Positions 19,417 through 28,497 of a stretch of DNA of 64,000 bases are shown one piece after another (the stretch's first letter is position 1; each line of letters opens with the position of its first letter). This stretch comes from a virus: positions 1 to 64,000 of IMG/VR virus record IMGVR_UViG_3300028874_000010; one strand, given 5' to 3'. The position numbers were made by a program, and so were the translations under genes. The notes beneath the pieces are model-generated. The model was given only the letters and a program-made list of their open reading frames with translations. It did not search any database and was not told the origin of the DNA.

Positions 19417-20184
19417 TCATTCTAAATTTAACCAAACTTTTCTTTTATCTGCTGATCCAGCACCTTTAGAAAAAGCTAAATCTATACTATCTGAATCCTC
19501 ATTTGATTCAATTGTAATTGGAATCAAATGGGTATCCATATCTTCTAGATATGATTTAAAGTCTTTTGCATCTGAAGTAGCCAAGCCTTTATACCATTTC
19601 TTTCTGTATTTTACTTCTTTATTCTTTACTTCCCATTCATCGAATTCATTTTCCGAATAGAAATTAATAATTTTTTTTGGTTTGTCAATGAATACACGAA
19701 CCAATGGTGTTCGAAACATATACACCATCCCAAGTTTAAATAGTTCTGGCCAGAATTTGTTGATCATATTAAATTCAAGACCGCGAATATGGAATCCATC
19801 TAAGTCTTGGTCTGACATGATAATTAACTTTCCAAATCTAAGATCTGAGACTGATTTGACTTCAACACCTAATCGGAGTCCCATTGCTCCCATGAAATTT
19901 TTAAACTCATCATTTTCGAGGAGACGTTTGACTGGAACATCATTAACGTTTAATGGTTTACCTTTGAGTGGGAATGATCCGATATACTTAGCATTCTTTT
20001 CGGTCTTAGCAGAAATAATAGCTTTAGCAGCAGAATTATGGGAGATCACACCCGATGAAAGAGTAAATGTGAAATCTTCATCTACTTCAATGTCAACGCC
20101 GTTTGTATGTTCGATATGTTCGATTGAGACAATATCAACGAGCTCAATAAGGCGCGGATCGAAATTATATTGTTGTGTTTGCAT
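19417..20184 (-). CDS. split-intein C-half (50 aa, 20184-20035) fused to the topoisomerase II large subunit C-terminal Toprim part
   Basis: VDIEVDEDFTF...ISHN|SA; FPLKGKPLN, DQDLDGFHI, YKGLA. Confidence 0.92.
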   Translation of the reverse strand: MQTQQYNFDPRLIELVDIVSIEHIEHTNGVDIEVDEDFTFTLSSGVISHNSAAKAIISAKTEKNAKYIGSFPLKGKPLNVNDVPVKRLLENDEFKNFMGAMGLRLGVEVKSVSDLRFGKLIIMSDQDLDGFHIRGLEFNMINKFWPELFKLGMVYMFRTPLVRVFIDKPKKIINFYSENEFDEWEVKNKEVKYRKKWYKGLATSDAKDFKSYLEDMDTHLIPITIESNEDSDSIDLAFSKGAGSADKRKVWLNLE

Positions 20185-21088
20185 TTAAAAGTTTTTCTTT
20201 GATTGTTAGTACTGTTTGCTCAAATTTTTTATAATCTTTACGACCGTGCAAAACCAAGCTTCCAAATTTTGATTTTTTCTCTTCGATTCTAACATTGTAC
20301 TTTTCATAGTTCATGCCAGCGATTTCTACATATTGATTAATTTTTGGAAAGTAGAAATCATACATCAATATACTACCTTCATAGAACCCGTTGGACTTTA
20401 CTTCCGAAGAAATGCCATACTTTTCCAGCAACGAATAGAAATATCGTTCGCCATTAGAATTCAATAGCATTCCGGTACTTGTTTCAGTAATGTATGAGTA
20501 TGCGGTTTTCTTTCCGTTTGCTGTTGTGCAATTTTTGAGTTTCGTCTGTGCAGCTCGTAACAAACCAGCTTGCACTTTATCTAAGCATCGTCCATAGAAT
20601 AAATTTGCTTGGTACTTTGTATAGTCTTCATAAGAATCATGGTTCTCGGCATAAAATGGGCTTGCGTTTCGTTCTCGTATAATTTTAAGTGTTTCTTCTT
20701 CTGACTCGATTGCTCTCGTCCTACTTACGAAGGCAACAGAATTTGGATTCAACTGCTTCCCATCACATTTATTCATGTGATTTGAGTAACAAAAGAAAAT
20801 AGGTTTCCTATATCCAACGCTGGTAACTGTTATTTCTTTTCCTTTTAACTCGTAGAGTGGAAACCATGTTGAGTTATGGTTTCCACAAAAACAGCAATCG
20901 ACTTTATCTGATCCAGTATTACTAAAGATATCAAACCGAGACTTTGTAATATGAAGCTTTAATGCCTGTTCAAAGCCTTTCTTGGTGTGGTGTGAAACCT
21001 TAATTACTTTATTTGTATTAGTCAGAAAAAATAATTTTTTGTTATTGAAAAAAGCAACAGAATCTTTTTTAATTATACGTGTAGCCAT
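20165..21088 (-). CDS. free-standing putative homing endonuclease (Zn-binding N-term, PD-(D/E)XK/Vsr-like C-term) between the split-intein halves
   Basis: CCFCG, SNGE...YDFYFP...YVEIAG; start reassigned to MATRII (GAAGGA SD). Confidence 0.7.
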   Translation of the reverse strand: MATRIIKKDSVAFFNNKKLFFLTNTNKVIKVSHHTKKGFEQALKLHITKSRFDIFSNTGSDKVDCCFCGNHNSTWFPLYELKGKEITVTSVGYRKPIFFCYSNHMNKCDGKQLNPNSVAFVSRTRAIESEEETLKIIRERNASPFYAENHDSYEDYTKYQANLFYGRCLDKVQAGLLRAAQTKLKNCTTANGKKTAYSYITETSTGMLLNSNGERYFYSLLEKYGISSEVKSNGFYEGSILMYDFYFPKINQYVEIAGMNYEKYNVRIEEKKSKFGSLVLHGRKDYKKFEQTVLTIKEKLLNANTTI

Positions 21089-21092
21089 CAGA

Positions 21093-21132
21093 GATCCTTC
21101 AGTGATAAACATCTATTTATCACTGAAGGATC
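21093..21132 (-). promoter_or_regulatory. 17-bp hairpin sequestering the endonuclease SD, with an embedded late promoter
   Basis: GATCCTTCAGTGATAAA-tagatg-TTTATCACTGAAGGATC; GATAAATA at 21121-21114. Confidence 0.75.
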
Positions 21133-21139
21133 AAACGAC

Positions 21140-22912
21140 TTAGAAAAGCACCAATGAATGTTTATCAGTATTCAAGTTCTCGCACGATACCAAACAAAAG
21201 GATCCGGTAGAGCGATCCCAGACATAGAACTTATGGTCCATCGTACTGTTGATAAGACCGATATATTCTATATCCAAGTGAAGATCATATTTTTCATCTT
21301 CAATCCGAGTTACTGATTTGATAGCACCAAGAGCAATAGTGTCTGCCAGACGATTTTTCACAAGCGCATGTACAGAACTATCCAAGTCCTTAGCACGCAC
21401 TTCTAGGAACGTTTTAGTCGTCTTATCGTAAGCAATCAAACGGTGTTCTGGGGATACAATATGTTCGATATCACCACACTTGATCTTCACTCCTTCGATC
21501 ACTTTTTTACTAATGCCGAGAATCTTCCTGAGGCGGTTATTATGCGTAAGAATTAAATCTCCAACATTTACGTCTTTAATTTTTACATCGAAGAATTGCT
21601 CATTTTCATAAACTATGATTTGTTCATCTTCGTGAATTGTGTCACCTTCTGTAATAAACAGCAAACATTTACTACGGTCTTTTTTTTCTGTTGCATCGCA
21701 GAACTTTGGAATCCGATTTGGATTCATCTTATCTGTTTCTTTATTTAGTTCTCGTTCTTTAGCTCGTTCAGCCGCTTCAACTTTCATTTCAACCCAATCT
21801 AACACCGATTGAATGATATCAGATTTTGTTAATTTGAGAACCATTTTATCGGTGACTTCAAATGAGGTCCCAAAATTTCTAATTTCTGTAATCAGTTCTT
21901 CTTTTGTTTGGGACGAATATCTGGGTTTGATAATTGTTGCATCAACAAATAGTTGAAGATGATTTAAAATTTCTGATGGCTTGACATCAATTTTATGTTT
22001 CTTATTGAAGTAAGCTCGAAGTTTTGTTGTGATCTGTTCTTGGAGGTATTTGATATGAACACCGCCAAGAGTTGTTTCAGTTGTATTTACGAACGAGACA
22101 TGTTTGAATCCATCTGACTTAGCAATACCAATACGCCAATGATCATTTTCTTCAAAGACATAATCCTGTGTGTAGAACTCAATGTAATCTTTAAATGACT
22201 TGATTTTGATTTGCTTTTTATTTAGGTAAATCTTTAGAGTTGGATTGCAACCAGCAATATCATAAACCCGTTTAATCAGCTTTTCATAATTTCCTTGATC
22301 TAATGAAGTCATACCAAGTTTTTGGTAATCAGGAAGATATGTAATTTTTGTGTATTTTTCTGTGCTTGTTTTAATCTTTGGTTCTGATCTAACCCGGGAA
22401 TTTTCTGTGTGTTTTTGTTCAAATTCCTTTTTGCCATCGCCTGTTTTAACAATGAAATATTGACTGAAAATATTTGTCAATGCCGCACCTTCGCCGTTTT
22501 GACCTGTCAATGTTGAGTCATCATCATCATCAAAATTACTTCCTGCTCGCAATTCAAAAATGTATTCAGGGATGTATTGGTCATATTCTGGGTTCTTGAT
22601 AACTGCAATACCACCATCATCAAGAACCGATATCTCTCCTGTTACTTGATTGATATCAACTTTAATAGTAGAGAGGTGTTGACCTTCTTTTGTTTTTGAG
22701 AAGTCTACTGAATTAGAAATAACTTCGTCAAACATTTTAATAAATCCGGGACACCAGGTCAATTCCTTTTCGGCCATACGTTGTTCTACTTCATCTACGT
22801 AATAGGTGGCCGCTGTGTGAGCCGTAATGCTTCCTAGGTATCTGCCTGGTCTGAGAAGGACATGGGAGATCTCGTCAAGCTTTTTGTGCTTGAATATTTG
22901 TTTTGTTGTCAT
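21140..22912 (-). CDS. 39: topoisomerase II large subunit N-terminal part (gp39 ATPase, 424 aa) fused to split-intein N-half (21640-21143)
   Basis: HVLLRPGRYLGS, EVISNSVD, GQNGEGA, SQTKE, ITEGD followed by a Hint-like sequence (VGDLILTH, SPEH). Confidence 0.92.
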   Translation of the reverse strand: MTTKQIFKHKKLDEISHVLLRPGRYLGSITAHTAATYYVDEVEQRMAEKELTWCPGFIKMFDEVISNSVDFSKTKEGQHLSTIKVDINQVTGEISVLDDGGIAVIKNPEYDQYIPEYIFELRAGSNFDDDDDSTLTGQNGEGAALTNIFSQYFIVKTGDGKKEFEQKHTENSRVRSEPKIKTSTEKYTKITYLPDYQKLGMTSLDQGNYEKLIKRVYDIAGCNPTLKIYLNKKQIKIKSFKDYIEFYTQDYVFEENDHWRIGIAKSDGFKHVSFVNTTETTLGGVHIKYLQEQITTKLRAYFNKKHKIDVKPSEILNHLQLFVDATIIKPRYSSQTKEELITEIRNFGTSFEVTDKMVLKLTKSDIIQSVLDWVEMKVEAAERAKERELNKETDKMNPNRIPKFCDATEKKDRSKCLLFITEGDTIHEDEQIIVYENEQFFDVKIKDVNVGDLILTHNNRLRKILGISKKVIEGVKIKCGDIEHIVSPEHRLIAYDKTTKTFLEVRAKDLDSSVHALVKNRLADTIALGAIKSVTRIEDEKYDLHLDIEYIGLINSTMDHKFYVWDRSTGSFCLVSCENLNTDKHSLVLF

Positions 22913-22929
22913 TTGATTTCGAATTACTG

Positions 22930-23290
22930 TTATGACATATCCAAAAACGGATATGAATTTCTATTTATGGAGATATTGTACAATGAATATTTAGGTGTTG
23001 ACCTGGAAATAAAACAACAAAAGATTTTCCTGAATTCGTAATCGCCGCGCTTTTAGCGATTACAAATTCCTTGTATGGTGTCAACCATACAATATTGAGT
23101 GATAATTCTTCTATGGGATTTGTCTTTTTATTTACTACCAATTTTAATCACTACGCGTTGCTTCGTGCTTAAAAATATTAATTTAGGCGGTAAGCAAACG
23201 AGTTGCTTCTCCTAAATTAATATTTTTCGATCTCTTTTTCTTTTTTATTTAATTAAGAGACATATAGTATTAATTATGGATCCTCTTTTT
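22930..23290. other. non-coding hairpin-rich region, possible replication origin
   Basis: Inverted repeats at ~23032-23069, ~23071-23092, ~23171-23227; GCACGAAGC/GCGTAG-type motifs; A/T tracts. Confidence 0.35.
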
Positions 23291-23700
23291 CGATTCTCTG
23301 GATGCCCTGGCGCCTTTCGGCGCAACAACTATAACTTTGATGTAAAGCTACAGTAAGTTCACATTTCAGAGCGATGTTTTGCTCAACTCGTCCAGGTACT
23401 GCTTTACCGAGATTTATGTGGTCTGCATTCAGCGACGCTTACCCGCATTTGTTATTACTTACAATTCACAAATGCGCACAATTTTTAATTGTTCTGGAAA
23501 AATTTATAATTTAATATAAACCAAGCGATTAGTATACGGACATTTTACTAATTCTTCACGACGATGACTATCTATGCCTATCACGTACTTGTTGTTTAAA
23601 AAAGTACATCGGTATTACCCAATGCTGATCTTTTTAGAGTGTCTTTGCTAATGACTTCGCAGACCTCGGGCGCCTATATGGATATGCATATAGGCATGTA
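23290..23700 (-). ncRNA. candidate ~400-nt multi-domain structured RNA
   Basis: Nested long-range helices, a GAAA tetraloop and G.U pairs on the minus strand; no ORF of 60 aa or more. Confidence 0.55.
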
Positions 23701-23704
23701 TTTT

Positions 23705-24388
23705 TTAATTGAAAAAAGATTTAAAAAGTTCTTCTTTTGAAATTGAGCATTTTGTACTCTTCTTTAGATTTTCATATTTTGGAATCATTTCTAAATTACA
23801 TATATTACCTATAATATAGGCTGGAATCTTATTTTTAAATCCCTCATAAATTGAAAATCTATGATCTAGATGAAAAGCATCCCAATCATTCCCTCTTAAT
23901 TCTATATTGTTTAATTTTTGGACATCTGTAATGGACCAAACTATTTCACAATATTTTTTAAAATCCTTAAGATTATGAGCTTCTATTTTATTGCATTTTA
24001 TAATTTGATACGTATCATAACATGTTTTAGAACAAAAATCAGAATATCCTATTTTTATGTTTTTAAATTTTCTTGTTCTCTTAACACATTGACAGCATAT
24101 AAAATTTGATGGAGTAGTTTCAAATACATGATTGTATAATTTTTCTTCTTCAGTTTTACCAAGCTGTAAAGATTTAATATAAACAGAAAATTTTGGTATC
24201 TTCTTATAAAATTTATAGATATCTACTATATTATTATGGTTGCTTTTGATAAGATCTTTGATTGCGTCTTTTAATTTATTGCTATCAAATTCATTTTTAT
24301 TGATGTAATTTGCATACTCAACGTATTTTTTTAATTTATACTCTTTTTGTTTTATTTCTTCTATTTCAACTGTTTTTTTAGTTGACAT
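23705..24388 (-). CDS. HNH endonuclease with Zn-finger
   Basis: CCQC...FCSKTC; HLDHRFS...NLEMIPKYENLKK. Confidence 0.8.
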   Translation of the reverse strand: MSTKKTVEIEEIKQKEYKLKKYVEYANYINKNEFDSNKLKDAIKDLIKSNHNNIVDIYKFYKKIPKFSVYIKSLQLGKTEEEKLYNHVFETTPSNFICCQCVKRTRKFKNIKIGYSDFCSKTCYDTYQIIKCNKIEAHNLKDFKKYCEIVWSITDVQKLNNIELRGNDWDAFHLDHRFSIYEGFKNKIPAYIIGNICNLEMIPKYENLKKSTKCSISKEELFKSFFN

Positions 24389-24396
24389 AATAATTC

Positions 24397-24495
24397 TTAA
24401 AATATAACTAATACTAAAGCAACTACACTCGTGGTTACTAGTATGCCAATCATAAATCCTATATAACCAATCATGTATAGTTCATAAATGCTCAT
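24397..24495 (-). CDS. small membrane peptide (32 aa)
   Basis: Hand translation MSIYELYMIGYIGFMIGILVTTSVVALVLVIF; ATGA coupling. Confidence 0.4.
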   Translation of the reverse strand: MSIYELYMIGYIGFMIGILVTTSVVALVLVIF

Positions 24496-24905
24496 ATTAG
24501 TTCCAAATGATTATATCCATCTCTTGAAGTATAATAGATATGTTTGATACCTCGGTCTTTTATAGCTCTCATACATGCCCCACAAGGTTTTGAATCAGCT
24601 ATGGCTCCGGTCAAATCTTCTCTATACACATAGATAGAACTGCCGGTAAGGTCGGTTCTACCAGCTTTAATGATAGCATCCATTTCTGCGTGTGTCCGAC
24701 CTGCATCCGTTTCTACATCTCTAATGTTTATATATCGGTATTTTGAGTACCGTTTTTGTTTGGTGTGTGTCCGCCATCGATTGACACCAGTAGAAACGAG
24801 TTGGCGCCCAATGACTATTGTAGCACCTATATGTGTTCTTGGATATGTTGATGTTTTTGAAGCGACACTAGCCAAACGAAAGAATCGTTTGTTAGTTTTT
24901 GTCAT
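24492..24905 (-). CDS. CMP/dCMP-type zinc-dependent deaminase
   Basis: HAE and PCGAC motifs. Confidence 0.85.
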   Translation of the reverse strand: MTKTNKRFFRLASVASKTSTYPRTHIGATIVIGRQLVSTGVNRWRTHTKQKRYSKYRYINIRDVETDAGRTHAEMDAIIKAGRTDLTGSSIYVYREDLTGAIADSKPCGACMRAIKDRGIKHIYYTSRDGYNHLELI

Positions 24906-25021
24906 ACCTTATACTACATTATTTTTATTATTTGGTATGTCCTGATAGCAGTTAAACTATCAGGACATATTATACACTACTTCTGATCACACATGAACAG
25001 ATTATTTGGTATGTTTCCGGC

Positions 25022-25384
25022 TTAACACAAATCAGCTTTCTTCCACGGAAGTTTGATCCCGTCAAAAAATTGATTTAGGAGACTTGGTTGGAAAAATGCT
25101 ATGAAAGGGGCAATTGTACCAAGCAAAATAGCCCTTCCTAAAAGGATACCTTTGAAAACAGGATGTTCTTTAAACTGATATGATGTATCATCTGCCAAAA
25201 CATCATTATGAAATTTGTTAATTACGTAGGTCCAACGCATTACGATCAAACCATATGCACCTACAGCAATTCCTAACCCCGGACTAAAAGAAAACATGTG
25301 TACTCCAGCTGCCAAATGGTTTAAGAAACCGGCTATTATTTTTACAGTTAAGTTCACTAACTGTTATCTAACTGTCGGGTACAT
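25022..25384 (-). pseudogene. membrane protein gene, probably interrupted near its 5' end
   Basis: AGGAG-ATG at 25384, in-frame TAA after 6 codons, then continues into the 25357 ORF; short ACAGTTAG duplication. Confidence 0.4.
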
Positions 25385-25666
25385 TACACTCCTATAAGTA
25401 GTCATCCTCTGCCAAAGCATAGTCATTTCCCACTCATTGAAATTGATTATACCAATTCTACAAAACAAGTTGTAAAAATTTTATTGCGGATAAGATTAAC
25501 GTTATCCCATAAGCTATTGTTTTTAAACGGTATTTTATTTCTTTAAAAATAAAGTGTCTTTTTAACGACACTTTATTTGAACTATTTTTACAATCAGGTA
25601 TACAAAGTAGTATCACCATACCAATTCTATTTGTAATCTTTGTAATTATTAAAGATAATTATTTTA

Positions 25667-26341
25667 TTAAAGATATTTTTTTTGTTTTAATTGCATAAGA
25701 TACAAATAAAAATTTTTGGTGGAGGCACATTTTAATATTCTGTGATTGGCTTCAGGTGTAATATATACAAGTTTAGCTTCTTTGCAATCTTTGTATTGAT
25801 TGAAGGCAAACCCTATAGTTTTACTTCTGCCTGGTAAATCTCCATTAGGAAAACTATTCTCTAGCATCCTTTTAATATGATTTTTAAATGTCGGGTGATC
25901 AAATGGAAATTCAATGATAAACATTAATACCCCATTGATATAAGCACTGATCAGCATTTTGACTTCAACATCAAGATACCGTTGGTATGCTTTATATGTA
26001 AATAAACTAAAAATTCCTCGTCCATCGATTGGATTATCAATGAGCTCATTTTTTTTAATTATTTGACCTGTACAAACTTTATGTATTAATTCTTTATTGA
26101 TTATCTTTGATGAACTTTTTACTTCACAATATTTGTCCCTGACCTCGTCTCTCCCGTCAAACCCAAACCGGGCAGGCTCATGAATATATCCACTAGTAAT
26201 TACTGTATGAATTTCTGGCCATTCAAAATCTTTAATCGCGATCCTTTCAGTTTTCTTTTTATCTATGTCTACTAAATCGGGATCTGATAATATTGTGTGG
26301 AGTGAAAAATTATTCAGATAACTGAAAATTTCAAGCTCCAT
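25667..26341 (-). CDS. PD-(D/E)XK restriction-endonuclease-like protein
   Basis: GFDG...YCEVKS. Confidence 0.6.
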   Translation of the reverse strand: MELEIFSYLNNFSLHTILSDPDLVDIDKKKTERIAIKDFEWPEIHTVITSGYIHEPARFGFDGRDEVRDKYCEVKSSSKIINKELIHKVCTGQIIKKNELIDNPIDGRGIFSLFTYKAYQRYLDVEVKMLISAYINGVLMFIIEFPFDHPTFKNHIKRMLENSFPNGDLPGRSKTIGFAFNQYKDCKEAKLVYITPEANHRILKCASTKNFYLYLMQLKQKKYL

Positions 26342-26397
26342 CTATCTTCCTCTTTTGTAATTGTTATTATAGAGGTTATTATGTGACTTAATTGTTA

Positions 26398-26790
26398 TTA
26401 AAGAGTTATTCCTGGACTGAAAGTAGTCATAACTATATCTAACCCTTTCTTGCCAGCATATTCAATCATATGTCTTGTACCACGGCTTTGACTATCCCAA
26501 AACACTACTAGGATATCACCATAGTTTCCCATTTCTTGATTTCTTAAGAACCCTGCACTTTTGCCATAGGTATCCCAATCAGGAATAAATCTCTTAATAG
26601 CAATACTATTCTCTTTGGCATATCGTTCTCCTAGGCTGTCTGCACCTCTAGCTCCACCGGAGATGATTTCATCTGGCAGCCCGAAAGTCAGGATCAAGTT
26701 ATCCATTTGTTCTTGAAGCATTTTATAATGCCCTTCAGAACAGAAAGTTCTTGATCCTGCTATAATTATTTTTTTGAAATTATGTTCCAC
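26398..26790 (-). CDS. SLOG/YspA-like (DUF2493) nucleotide-binding protein
   Basis: IIIAGSR, ISGGARGAD, AGFLRNQEM, SRGTRHMI. Confidence 0.85.
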   Translation of the reverse strand: MEHNFKKIIIAGSRTFCSEGHYKMLQEQMDNLILTFGLPDEIISGGARGADSLGERYAKENSIAIKRFIPDWDTYGKSAGFLRNQEMGNYGDILVVFWDSQSRGTRHMIEYAGKKGLDIVMTTFSPGITL

Positions 26791-27370
26791 TTGAGATCAT
26801 TTCATCTGAAAGTAAATCACGTCCGGTTTGAATGAAGTAGATAACCTCATCCATGACCTGCTTATAAATGGCCTCATCAACCCCAGAGATCACACCAGCG
26901 GCATTCTGGATCACTAACATATGGTTTTCTCCATACTGGTAGTACTCGCGGATGCAGGCGTTGAATGTGTCTTTAGGCATACTGATTTTGTCATCAACAA
27001 AATCATGATTGATTTCTGGCCTAGTGAATAAAACTTGCTTGACATTAAACCTGGATTTAAATTCATTCCAGTAATGGGTTGAGATCCCAGTTGTCTCACC
27101 ACGAAGAACCCGATCATAGACCAGATTAGATGTAATGAATCGGTCTAGGATATAAGTTTTACTTTGATCCAAGTAATCAAATGCGGCAAATAATAGCTCA
27201 AATGATTTTTCATCATTGATTCTAAGTAGATTGCCACTGATCGGAAGAATTTTAGGAAAATTAAGTTCAACTACTTCTTGACCGGGATGAAACGTTTGTT
27301 TGACTTTATCGATAAACGTGGATTTACCTACTGAATCCACACCATCAAAGATTAAGAATTTTGTGCGCAT
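26780..27370 (-). CDS. deoxynucleoside monophosphate (thymidylate-type) kinase
   Basis: DGVDSVGKST, LDRF..S..VY. Confidence 0.85.
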   Translation of the reverse strand: MRTKFLIFDGVDSVGKSTFIDKVKQTFHPGQEVVELNFPKILPISGNLLRINDEKSFELLFAAFDYLDQSKTYILDRFITSNLVYDRVLRGETTGISTHYWNEFKSRFNVKQVLFTRPEINHDFVDDKISMPKDTFNACIREYYQYGENHMLVIQNAAGVISGVDEAIYKQVMDEVIYFIQTGRDLLSDEMISSGT

Positions 27371-28487
27371 TTATATTATTTTTATTGTAGTGTTTGCTAA
27401 CTTCATCACCATAGTAGACAAAGTAATGGCAATAATGCTTGCCTCCTGGATAAGGATTATATACCACTTCTTCCAACATTTGCGGGATATCCTCCATTGA
27501 TTCAATCATAAATCGAGATGGAAGCAAATTACTTTTGAAAGTAATAACTTGACAAAAATAATGAAAAAATTCGATAGTACCAGGATGAAGAACCGTATCT
27601 ATGTCATCCAACATAATTACGATAGGATGTTCATTTAATTTTCTATAATATTCTTGTTTATTTAATTTAACCTTATTCACAAACGGATATTTCTTGGCCA
27701 TCTCACCCGTAAATGAATCATTTGGATCTGTAATAGTGACTTTGTATTTTGTATGCAAATTATTTTTAACTAATACATCCATTGCTTCCTGGAATTTATA
27801 AGCCGCATCCGAAATTCTAAATGGCCAAAAAATCTCAGTTGATTGATACAATGCCTCGCTTCTAAAAAAATCTAATTCGTTGTATACTTTATTAATAATC
27901 TCATCATAAAAATCCGGCATCAATTTATTATGAGCCACTTTATAATACGCATAAACTTTATCTTTTAGATGTGGCGCCACTTCAAGTACATAATCTCGCT
28001 GTCTTGGATTAATCACAGTAGTAAATAATGCTAATTCCATTGACTTAATATCTAGATCAAAAAACTGATCTATATAAGGCCTATTCAATTCTGGAAGTTT
28101 AGTGATATTAAAGTTATTGATATATGGAACACCGAATCTGTATAAGTCATATCCAGTAATGTCTGTGATTAATAAATCAAATTCTCTGAATAGTTCACTG
28201 TAAAAATAGTCTTGATTATCATTCCAGAAATTCTTACGAGTTTCAACTGCATTCTCACCATACTTAAGAAATCTGAATCGGATATTTTTTTCTTTAATCC
28301 AACTCCAGTTTTGATTAATGAACTGTTGATAATCTTCACAACGCAACGGGAGAGTGACTATGAGTTCATCAAAATCAGATGCTATGATACGAGCCATAGT
28401 CAATTGGAAGTTTCCATCCTTTAGAATAGAATACGTTCCGGTATCATATGACCGCATTGAGAATATTGGACACCATAAAACTTTCAT
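27345..28487 (-). CDS. putative GT-B glycosyltransferase acting on modified cytosine (arabinosyltransferase candidate)
   Basis: Two Rossmann-like halves (KVLWCP; DLLITD; IFWPFR; HPGTIEF); genomic context. Confidence 0.55.
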   Translation of the reverse strand: MKVLWCPIFSMRSYDTGTYSILKDGNFQLTMARIIASDFDELIVTLPLRCEDYQQFINQNWSWIKEKNIRFRFLKYGENAVETRKNFWNDNQDYFYSELFREFDLLITDITGYDLYRFGVPYINNFNITKLPELNRPYIDQFFDLDIKSMELALFTTVINPRQRDYVLEVAPHLKDKVYAYYKVAHNKLMPDFYDEIINKVYNELDFFRSEALYQSTEIFWPFRISDAAYKFQEAMDVLVKNNLHTKYKVTITDPNDSFTGEMAKKYPFVNKVKLNKQEYYRKLNEHPIVIMLDDIDTVLHPGTIEFFHYFCQVITFKSNLLPSRFMIESMEDIPQMLEEVVYNPYPGGKHYCHYFVYYGDEVSKHYNKNNINAHKILNL

Positions 28488-28497
28488 AATTTAACCC

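Noticed and set aside
21089-21112. ORF-track start MFITEGSL for the endonuclease
   Set aside because: Lies in the regulatory hairpin; the SD is positioned for ATG at 21088
19417-22912. T4 gene 60-type ribosomal bypass or simple gp39/gp60 split
   Set aside because: Intein terminal motifs (Hint blocks, HN|S) explain the break
23290-23700. Group I/II intron, RNase P or HEARO/omegaRNA identity
   Set aside because: No flanking exons, and no recognisable P7, domain V, GAGGAAAGUCC or IscB RuvC motifs
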